DNA of 64,000 nt from Schmidtea nova (Eukaryota): assembly GCA_044892505.1 (NCBI GenBank), contig CM097882.1, forward strand, positions 140,182,001-140,246,000, in the 5' to 3' direction. The position numbers and the translations under genes were made by a program. This document shows, piece after piece, positions 28,219-40,400 of this stretch. The notes under the pieces are model-generated. The model did no database searches. It was not told the DNA's origin and saw only the letters and a list, made by a program, of their open reading frames with translations. Positions within the stretch are counted from its first letter, which is position 1, and every line of letters starts with the position of its first letter.

Positions 28219-31200
28219 CAAATTAACACGAATATTTTCAAATATACTTTTCAAATAATTCCAATAAATGAATATGAACATAAAATAACACTGGCAAATT
28301 AGTAACTGAATCAATTTTCAGAATGCCTAATTATTAATATATATGTTGATATCGTGTACATATTTTCTCGTAATAAAATAATAAACGATTCCCATTAAAA
28401 AAATGACAATGTCCCTACAATCACAGAAATTTTGTCAAGCGATATTTTATCTGCAAGCTATTTTTCAGATTTCTACTTATTGGATAATATTTTCCACTTT
28501 TTTCTTTCTTTCTTTTAAAATAAATGGCATCTATGCTTCAATAAAAATCCAACTTTGTATTTTCAGTTTTTTTAAAAGAAAAATAAAAAATAAAAATAAT
28601 TTTAATGAATTTTTTGAACTCGAATTTCAATATAAAAATTACGAGATTTTTTTGGTTTCATTTGTGAAAAATTTTATTAAAAAATCACGACTTTTTTCGC
28701 GGAGAAAAATGACATAAATTAGTCAATTTATTTATATTAAAAGATTAAACAAAAAATTACAATAAAAAATAAATTGAATCATAATAATTTTACAATACAA
28801 TTTTCATCGTTTTCAGTTTATAAGCATATTATTTTGGCATTGTGTTGACCTTGACTTTATCAATTATCCTATTGGTGGATTTATTGGTGTTTTGGTAGGC
28901 ATTCGACTTTGATTACAAGTGTTCGCTATTGATTGACTAAGACCAAAAATATTTGTGAAAAATTCTGATCCAATATCCCTAAAAGTATAAAATTAAAAAA
29001 ATTATTTTAATTTATTTTAAAATTTTCACTGTGAAATAAATATTTCTAAGTGAAATTACCTTTAGATTAATCGTTGATAATTAATTTTTGGTTTTTAATT
29101 ATCTTATATATTTTTTTAATTGCAAACAGCGTACTTTTTTAAGACCATAAATGGCAAATATAAATAATATCAATCATTGGTTACATGACAAAATTTCACT
29201 GGACAAAATTACACGGGACGAAATTACACATAAGAAAATTACACTAAGACAAAATTACACATTTAATTTTTTTGTGTTTATGAATTTTCTTTTATGAATT
29301 TTTTTATATTAAACATTTTTTTGAAAGGTTGGATTAAGTAAGTTTTGATGTTTTTTTTGAAAAAATAAAAAATTGTATTTTAAGGGTTCGAATAATTAAA
29401 TTTGTGTTATATGAATTAATAAATATAAAAATATAATGAAAATATAATTATAAAAACACAAACAAATTAAATGTGTAATTTTGTCTTAGTGTAATTTTCG
29501 TATGTGTAATTTCTTCCCTGTGTAATTCTGTCTATGTGTAATTTCTTCTGTGTAATTCTGTCTATGTGTAATTTCTTCTGTGTAATTTTGTCCCGTGTAA
29601 TTTTGTCCAGTGTAATTCTGTCCTGACACCCAATCATTGCCATTTAATTTATTTTCACCATATTTCTTTTTGAAGATTAACTCAATTTATTATTGTAATT
29701 TATATATCGTCATTATTATCTCCTATTTTCACTAGTGATTTTTTCGGTTCTTTTTCAAACATTTTCATTTTTCAAAAAAAATAATTAAAAATTTCTGAAA
29801 TTTTATCTATCAATTTTGCTGTCTATATTTCGATAATTAATTGCTTGAACAAATTTTTCATCGATTAATAATTTTCCCATATACGCCTGTGATACTCATT
29901 AATTTTTATATACAGACTATAGATGAAAATTTTAAAATGTCATACGAATTTCCAAATTTTTGACAGAGCCTTTTTTAAATGTATTTGTAAAATTAAAAAT
30001 TTTTAGATTAAGAGTTTTTCACAAATAATTATGAAAAAATTATCATTGTCTCCAAAAGAGGATTATCAAAAATTCATAAATCTACATTGAAAAATTGACC
30101 TTGATAATATTTTAATTAATTAAATCAACATTTTAAGTGTTTTTTTTCAAAGGAACTATCCAAAAAAAAAAATTCTGATAAATTAAAAGTAATCCAACAC
30201 TTGCAACGAATTCTCGAAATATCTTTTCTCCTATCGGAATTAGCCTTTGAAACTTTATACGAAATAAAATAAATAACACACAAAATACAAGATATTTTAT
30301 TGAATTATTTAAAGATAAAAGAAAAAAAATAAATTTGAGAAAATAATTTATTTTTATTTAATTTGTCACACTTTATTTTTTGGATATTTTATATATTCAA
30401 ATAAAAAAATATAATATGTAATTTCCATTTTGTTTTCTAAAACATTTTTATAGACAAATTTAAAGAAATTAAAGCATTTAACATCATATTTACTTTCATC
30501 GATATTAATCAAGAATAAACAAAAAACAAATATTTATATAAAATATTTTTTTATCTTTTATCTTTAACGCAATTCAGATTTTCGACAACTGAGGGATGGC
30601 CAGTATAAGTAATTCATAAATAGAGTAAATTCTCGATAAGTGTCACAGTTGATAAATGTAACTGTCAATAAATGCCACACTCATATGCCTCAAAAAGAGT
30701 AATAAATTGATTCATTAAAATTATATAATTGTCACTCCCTCTTAATGTGTTTAATTAAAAAAAGTTGATTCACGTCTTTTGATACTTATTGGGTTTAATT
30801 TTTAAATGTCACATGTAAGATTCATTTGGCTGACTCCGGGAGTCCCTTTGATCAAATAACTAGAGCTCAACAAATAACAATATTAATTTTATCTTTAACA
30901 CAAATCACAATCAATCGTCAACGATAGTTATTGAATATGGATGATCTTTCTAAAGACGAACTACCCAATGACTCTTTACGAAGGAACAATTACTCTTTTG
31001 ACTTCATTTCTTTTTCGAATTTTTATTCTTTCTCTGGCTCTGGGCTCTGTCTCAGACTCCAATTTTTCTTATGGCACTTGATGTATTTGGTTTATTTTTT
31101 ATAATGTTTTTCACCGTATCTAATTATTGACTAAATCCAGACTAAATTGCGTTTTATTCACTCTACGTAGTGGTTTCCGAAAACTACCATTAATGCACAA

Positions 31201-34200
31201 GAACGGTTAAAGATATTCTAATTATCCTTCAGTTGGTAGACCGCTACTGTGCCTATAATAATCGACAATCCCATTTCCTTTAGGAGACTATCGTTGATTG
31301 TTTTCATAATTATTTTTTATATTTTTAAAGACCCCGCCCATCAACTTTTAATTGTTGTATTCATCTTTTACTTTTCATTTGCTACCCGCTCATAACATTT
31401 TCCTGCAAAATATTGATTTTCAATTTTAATTAATTTTTATTACTTTTTCTCTCAATTTAAATTTTTAAGTTTTATATGCTTTGCCTTAAATTTAACATAA
31501 TTATTTTTGCATTTTTATGTAACCCTAACATACTGAACGAAAACTGACTGTATTTAAAATTTATATTTTTTTATATTAAATAAATATCATCGACAAGTTC
31601 ATCCAAAGTGAAACTGAGTATTCGAAAAATGAAATTATAGATAATTTTTATATCACGATAAATTTATATTTTAAGGGGTTTTGTTTTTATTTTCAAAAAT
31701 TGTTGGTAATAATTAATACAAATGCCATCAAAACAATTATAATAAATTTAATTTTTGTTAAATATTTAAAATATTTTGTGGACATATTGCAACCGTTTAA
31801 GATATGCACCGTAGCTCAGAACAATTAAGTATACAATTCGTAGAGAAAAAACAAAATTGAGCAATAGAAGCAATTCTGTCTGTTAATAAATAATGAATTA
31901 TTCAGATTATTTTACTTGTCTTTAAACTGTTTCTATATATTTAAATTCTGATTTTGATCATCGCAATTTATAGCAATTCTACAAAGTGTAAAATGATGGT
32001 TGCTTGGTAGCAGCATTAATTAAATATTAAATAAATAATAAATTAAATGATAAGCTTTTTGCTGCAAATTTTTATTAGTTGAAAATTTTCGATTATTAAA
32101 TAATCCTTACCAATCTTATGTCAGATTATATAGCTAAACTCTCCATCGTGTGTTATTGTTTTTTTCAAGTAAATTATCAGTATACAAAAATCTTGAAAAA
32201 TTTCATATTAAAATGAATTTTTCTACTCTGGCTGCAAATCCTTCAAAGGAGAACTTTGTATATTTTCAAAAATTAATCAAAAACAAACTGGTCCTGCAAT
32301 CACACTCCCGAGGCGCATAGACCCATGCAACTCCAAAACCACTTTGACAGAGATAGGCTAGCTATTTATAAAGGTATTACTAATTGAAAAAGTTCGTCTT
32401 AAGGAATATTTCCGCCTAAGAACCAGTGAACCAGCTTAGAGATGAACCTTGTTTCGTGCCATTCAATCAATCGATGAGACCTTAACTGATTGGGAATGTA
32501 GAGTCAGCGCATGGTCGTAAAATGTAATATCAGACAACACAACCTCGACGACAGAAATATAACGGGGTTTACAAGAAAAGCTCCACCTAGATCGGAAATG
32601 ATCAAGGAAGCTGTCAAGTATAATTACCCTTTCAAGTCATTAAAAAGAGGTAGCCTTTGTAAATCTGCTCTTGAAAAGTGTGAATGTCCCGCCTTAAAAA
32701 CGAATACTACCAATGAAAAAAAGAGGAAATTTCATAGCAGTAGCCTGATCAAAGCTGATGGTTAGTAGCTTCAAATGGATATTCAAATGCCTCATCAAGT
32801 TTCCATTAAACTGAAGAAATACAAACCGACTGAATAGGTGGACAAGTTAAAATGGATAGAGCCAGCAGGCTCATTCGGAGAAAAAATGAACTCTGGAGAA
32901 GTAAAGATATCTACGACCTTTTAGGCGTTGATCTGTTATGAGGTGGTTTGCAAGCTTAAGTTTATTGGGGAAGTGACTTCGATCAGCTAACCGCGTGGAT
33001 GTGAACAGAAAGCAACTAGAAGAACAATCCTCGTAGTGCAGTAGCAAGGGTTTGATGATTCTGTCACTAGCGAAATCTGTTCTCTCATGAATATAAAAGA
33101 GCCTATTGACAGATAGTAGCTAAAAGCAGATTTTGGTTATCTAAAGTTTACACTACCAACAAAAATTCAACACTTTTTGGAAAAAAACATTTCAAGCTGA
33201 AATAAAAATTCGATTGTAACCTTGCCAAATTGAGGCGCTTCCCGCTGCCAGTCCTGTTAAAATTCCAACCCAAAAGGTGTCAATGATCTTCCAAAAAGAG
33301 CTTAAAGGTGAATTAAACTGTAAAGACAAAGATGAATAGTGGAAAAACTTTTAACGACTGAATAGTGCTTTCAAATTGTGATCACTCATCGAAAGTATGG
33401 TATGATGCAAGATTGAGTTGAATATAGAAGACTGAATGAGGTCATTCATTACCAAATTTGACAGATTTAAACAGCCAAAGAAGTGCTCGGCCAGTGGATG
33501 ACATCTTGATTGTAATCCAGATGAAAGATGAACTAAAAAATCTCTTCAAAACGGTATTGAAACGTTTCATTACATCAAGGGTGGCTTTGAATTCGAAAAA
33601 ATGCACTCATGGAAAAGAAAGTCTCATTCTTAGGATACAAAAGGATTTCTCAAGGTGTTCTAGTGGAAAACGACCACCCAGGAAGATCATGATCTTATTC
33701 CAACCTAAATCTCGTAAAGAACCTGGAAGTTTCCTAGGATAGCGAGCTATTTTAACAAACTGGCAACGACTGAGAAACGCTTTCGTAACCACATAAGTAT
33801 GAGCCTTGTACCTTCATTTGGAAAAAGTGATAATCAAATCAGTATCATCACTAACTGGTTTAGTGACAGTTCTCATCCAGAAAGGAAAACCGATACTTAT
33901 CGCCTCTAGAAAACTCTCATCAGTGAAAAAGAACTACTCGCTAATTGAGAAGGAAGCATTCGAAATCCTCTACGAGATGGAACGTGTTTGGATGATCTTT
34001 CTTGTTAGGACTTTCACGAATCTGACAATTTTTGACACTGAAAAAATAGCTTGTTAAAATCTCTTTCCGTATCAAACGGGTGTTCGTTTTTCTACAACTA
34101 GAGATTCTTCGAGGGGAAAGAAAAATTAGTTTGTTGATGCTTTTCTCAATTGGAAACTCAAGAAAATGACTGTGAAAACAACAATGGTGACACGGATGAA

Positions 34201-37200
34201 TTCGTTTTTAATTTGCGGAGTCTCTCGATTAATCTACAAGAAGTTACCGAAACATCGGTACGAGATCCAGAGTTTATAGCTGTTCGCCTCAACTTGTACT
34301 GTTTGGGTGACATAAAAGATGTGAAAGCTAAATTTATTCGAGAATGTGGCATCTTTCAGAAAATACTAACCTAGCTTGCAAAACTTCAATGAAAACCGTG
34401 GCGGATGACGTCATAATACTAGACGAGGTTATGGCAATTGATCTGGTTGGACAGACTAAAGTCTTTGACGGTGGAGTTGGTCTTCCAACAATCGATGTAC
34501 AAAGTAGCGCAGTTACTCTGGATCAGATTGAGGTGGTAATGCTTTGAAACTTATTCGCTACCTTCTGCGCGCCCAAAAGTTTGATATCAGACATCCCCAC
34601 TTTTTTCTGGTCTTAGGAGATGGTTCTGCAATTGAATAGATTTGCTGTGAAACATTCGTTTTCATCAATTTATTACTCTCAATCAAATGGCGTAGCAGAA
34701 CGTATGCACGAACACTTAAAAATAGATAACAAAAACCTGTGAGGAGAATCCAGACTTTAGCGTTGTTAAAGATGCTACGTAAGGTTTTGACTGATATGCG
34801 AGCAACATCGAACGAATCCACACGAAAAAAAACATGAATAACCAGTTTGGGGAGGGGGGGGGGGGTCCAGCGACATTCATATAGAAGCAAAGACCAGCCG
34901 AGACAATCAATGGCATTATTTACAATGACGTGGATTCGTGACCAATCATTGAACTGAATGTACGCTATGGATGCGTCGAGTCAAATGTAATGTGTTCCGC
35001 TATCCAGTCACAGAAAACGTTTTGAATATATCTTATCGAATAAGGTTGGCAAATGGTTCAGAGCAAGTGGTAAACCAATACTATCTTCACCCAAGATTCA
35101 CTTAATCACAACAATTGCATATCCTAAAATGATCACAAGAAAAGATACTTTTTCTCGAACAGCAAACCAGAAAACAAATGAACGTGGAGACTGAAGTTGG
35201 TGACTCAAACAGGGATACGATGGAAGCAAATGAGCCCAGTAAAGGGGAGCCGCTGCAACTATGATCTTCATAGTCGACACCAATGGAAGCCGAGATACCT
35301 ATAATCAAAGAAAGAAGGTTTGGTGGGTTTCTCAGCCATAGCATGTTGCATGCCTTCAGTTGACGTACTAAAATTTCAGGAATAATTTCAGATGCAGCTC
35401 CAACATGAATTTCATCATAAGGCGATAAACCTTCATACCCCTCTCTACCATCACCTGTTTTTAAATGCAAATGGCCTGTATATACGAGTTCTTTAATTTC
35501 CGGAATTTTATTAATATTCAAAATAAATTTATGAACAAGTTCTTCAATGTGATCAATTCCGACAACGACTCCTTGGCTGCCAAGCTTTTTCATAAAACAA
35601 GCAGTTAAACATCCGCTACCTGAACCAATATCAAGAATTCCAGCACCCATCTTCAACTTAGGCAGAATTTGTTCAAGTGCTACTGCATGCATGTGTGGAG
35701 CACTGATAGTTACACCAAAACTAATCGATTTTGGTGAATCGTCATAAGGCTGATCATCAACAAAATGTGCACGATCAATCGATAACATTAAATATTCTAC
35801 ATCATCCGAATGAATATACTCGTCATTTTTTAAACGTTGGGTTAAATCAGCTTTTGAATTAAATCCACTAAGAAATTTAAAAACAGTTTGCCAAAGAAAA
35901 AAAATAACTATTAATCGACTATTTGAAATCATTTATTTTGACGAATGTTAACACGTTTTTTACAATTTTTAAACTTTAGAAAAAAGTATTCAATCTCAAA
36001 GAAATATTAAAAGAAACACCATCTTTTTAAGTAAATAAATGTAAATGTAAAAAATTAAAATAAAAGTTTTACAATTTTATTACAGTTTAAAATTTTATAT
36101 TATTTTAAACTCAGATTGTTTTTTGGAGTTTTTTCGTCATTAAAATGACTTGTTGAAAATCTAATATCACTGAATAAAGTGAAAGTTTGAGGCAGGCTAT
36201 GTTCCTTTAATACTTTGAGAGAATTTTGGGTATCGGCTTTCTAGACCACTACAGAAGGATGTATCAATTAATAATTATTGTTGTTTAAAATATTAATAGT
36301 GTTTATATAACTGTTAAAGGAATTCCAAATGAAAGAAGTAATCGTTTTATAGACATTTGGTTTTATTTGAAGTTAATTTAGTTAACTAAGAAACTTTCGA
36401 ATTTTGATACACATTTTAGAAAAGAAATAAAAAATCATTTTCAAAAATATAAAATTAAAATATATGAAAAAATAATTATTGTAAACAAAAAATTAATTTT
36501 ACTGATTTTTAATTTATGAAAAATAAATTAGATTGAAAAAAATGTTCAATTCACAAGCAAACTGACTACAGAATTTCTTTCTGTTTTATATGAATATTAT
36601 AAATTTGTATACACAAAGTAAAGTTTCTTAAAATATGGCATTGACATTTTGTTACTGAACCATAAAATTTTAATTTCAAAAGTCAATTTATAATTTGATA
36701 GCAAATCTTTTTTTTGAAAAAAATATATTTATATTTTAAAACATATTTTTCAGTGATTATTTGATGACAGAAAAGAAAACAATAAAAATTATATTAAATA
36801 TTTTTAAATTATGAAAAACGCCATTTATATAACATCGATATAATATGTTTTGACAGACTCCCTGCCATTTTTAGGTATTCAGAAAACAAACTATGTTAAA
36901 TTCAATTTATTGAAACAGGTTATAAAATATAATTATATAGAATTTTAAATTTTTAAATATAATTTCAAAATATAATTTAATTTATTAAAAATCAATTCAA
37001 AAATTTAATTTAAAAATGCTTAATTATTAACAATTTACTAAAAATTTCTAAAATATTAAAAAAAATTTAATTTAATTAATTTTAACAAGACCTATTTCGT
37101 CATTCAAATTAATTAATACCACATCATGCTTGCTTAAGTTTTTAAAAATTAATTTTCTTTGTTTTTAAAAAGCCTATAGATCAATATTATTTTTAAAGTT

Positions 37201-37361
37201 TCGAGTTTTCGGCATAGCTTTTGACGTGTGTATTTGGAAATATACAATTAAAATAATCTGTGTCGAAAATTAGTGTAACTTAATGAAAATCATTGATCTA
37301 ATCTTGAAATTAGATGAAATTTTTTGCAGATGAAACTTAAAGATCAATAGTGAAAATAAGA

Positions 37362-37406
<45 letters not shown>

Positions 37407-40400
37407 CTAGGGCTGCAACTTTTCAAAAAACGCACTTTTATAGATGTTGAAAATATTGAAAAATTTCAGCAAATACATTTGCTTACTGAAGGTGTAGGAT
37501 GTTCTGAAACTTAAGCTTGTTTATATAATTGTTGTTATTACAATTTGTCAAATAATTGTATTATTTCGGTGAAATTAGAGCTTATAGTTAATTGGTAAAT
37601 TGGATTGGTAAATTTTAGAGTTTTATTTTAAATTTAACTGAAAGGATTTTAAAATTTAAAATTTAAATTAATTAGCTTTACATTCAATAAAAATTGAGAT
37701 AATTCACGAGAAAGAAACATCAAAACACGTAGAAATTTACAGTTATATTTTGAATTAGAGATTGATCAGGATTATTTGATAATCAAAAATTCTCACTTAA
37801 TAAAGACTTGCCAAAACTGATGTTTTAGCCCCCATAAAAATATTCACACAAATATAAATAAAATTCTTTTAAAATTGCCAGTATATTCAAATATCATTAT
37901 CCCTATCACTATTATTATAAGTAACTCTATTCCTATTATTATTATTATCATTATTATTCTTATTCTTATTCTTATACTTACTCAATTTTCCACCAGCGAC
38001 TAAAACAGTTCAATGTCAGTAATACAAAGGCATAAATAAACATTTACATTAAAATATTGATAGTGTTGTTGGTGTACGGGTTGCTAAAAATTGCTTTTCT
38101 AAAAATTGTGACAACCCACACACCATGAAAATGTCAAATCTCCCTCACTCGTGTACCCATAGTTACTTCTTGGTAAACTATGTTGGTAATGTAGTCAGTG
38201 TTGGGTTAATTCAATGAGAAGGTGGGTTTCGTTGCTAAAACAAATCATTGTTGTATTCTATCTTACGGATTCCTGCTGCCGCTAGAAGATCTAGCTCATA
38301 ATTATTCAAAATTCCTCTTGAACCTATGAACTCCTAAATTCTGATATCGTCGTTTTATGATATTTAACATCTACACTTATTTATTTCCCAAAATATATGA
38401 ATAACATCCTACTTATTTTTCTTAATTCAATTCGCATTTATTCCCTACTTACATTTCACTATTATCGATCTATATAATTTAATAAGCGATGATCAGAGGA
38501 CTTGACCTGGGTGTTCAATTCTAGATCCTTCGCCCGATTAGGAATTCGTAGCTGGTGAGCCGACAGAGTCCTTCCTAAATCAGTTTAATCTAGAAAATCA
38601 AATGAGACAGAGTAGTAACCAAAACTAAGTTTACAATATTTAATGAACATTACATAAAAACTTTTGAATTACTACTTATACAAACAATAACACATACTTG
38701 TTCCGTTCCACAAGAGTAATCAATTTCAATTAGCTGGTGCTGGCTGACAAGCGAGAAAATTTCAAATCAATGTCCGTTAGCAAAATTAAAGATAAAGTTA
38801 TGATTTTTCATCGTCTACTTATACGACTTTTGTGTTACTCCTACGGAAATATTTATAATTTGATTTGTATAATAATTTTAATATTTAAATTATTTATTCT
38901 AGTAAATGAATTATTTATTTGTTTTTAGTAAAATTAGTTTTATAATTTAATTTATTTTCCAAATATTTATTATTAATTCCAATAAATTATGTGTGCTCAA
39001 TAAGGCGTCATTTTGTTGGCGTTAATTAGTTAAATAATCGAATTTTACTATTTTGTCTTTTTCTCTGTTATTTTAACTATATTTTAATGCGGATTTCTTC
39101 TATAATTTTAAATAAATTATCTTTATATTTATCTTCGATCATGCTTTTTCGTATTTATTATACTAGTAGTGGTCTTCCCCATTCAATTCTCGTGCGATTT
39201 TACGTATGAAAAATTGACCTGCATTTAAATTATGTGCTCTCTTTTGAGATGTCTCTTTTTTATCGTTTTTATCTCTACCTCGACCAACTTATGAAATGTG
39301 GTTCGTATTCTTCTATTTGTGCTTTAATATTCTATGTTCTTTTGTGCTATTTCTCTACTTAATGCTTTTATTTGTTATTGTAAGCTTTAAATTTGCCTAT
39401 TTTTGTGTGCATGTTTTTCGACGCATTAAAACAGAAATTTAACTTCATTCTTATCAGCCCAACAGTGTATTCATTGACTTGCTTCTTGCCATAACAGTTC
39501 ATCTTCTTTTTCTTATTTTTATAAATCAATAATAAAAATACAGAATTTATTAAAGAATATACAGACTTTCACACTTTAATTGTAACAAAATTAATCGAAA
39601 CATGTTTATACTTTTATAAATAAATTTAATTAAAATGATAACTAATAAATTTGTAATAAATTTATAATAATAAAGTACAACAATCAGAAATGCAACAAAT
39701 TTGACAATTTTATATAATAAAAATAATTATGAAAATAATTTATGTCGGTGCTTCTTTTGTCTACATAATATATAATTTTATTAAAAAACGAACATCTCTT
39801 ATTTTCACTATTGATCTTTTATTTATCTTTCAAAAATTTCCAATAACTTTCAATATTAGATCAACAATTTTTTAAAGTTTCAAGAATTTTCGACACAGCC
39901 TATTTTATTTATATATTTCCAAATGCACACGTCAAAAAGCTATGCCGAAAACTCGAAACTTTAAAAATAATATTGATCTATTGTCTTTTTAAAAATAATG
40001 AAAATTTATTTAAAAATATTTATTTAAAAATATTTAATTTAATATTTATTGTTTCTTCTGGCATCAAATAATCACTCATATTATCGCCCTACTTTTCTTT
40101 CAGAGTTTCTTTGTTTCTTGCACAAGTTTGGAGTAGTAGGAACTGTGTTATTCAAACCCCATTTTCTGAAAAATCAGCATGAATAATGATATTTACATCC
40201 TAAAACACAATCAACATGAGCTCCTTTCAATGACTTTTTGATAACCTCGTTTTCCAAGAACAGACCTAACCACTCTTCAGATTCGCGTTTAGACTTTGGA
40301 ACATATAGTGAAAATGAAGTCTCATCCGTGGTAATAATATTATTAAAAAACTCAACATCGTCCCAAATCTGAATGTTCTCTTTGTTGCACCGCAGACGCT

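Noticed and set aside
29179-29630. CRISPR-like array
   Set aside because: Modules have no unique spacers, are inverted between ends and are bounded by a TSD; eukaryotic context, no cas genes.
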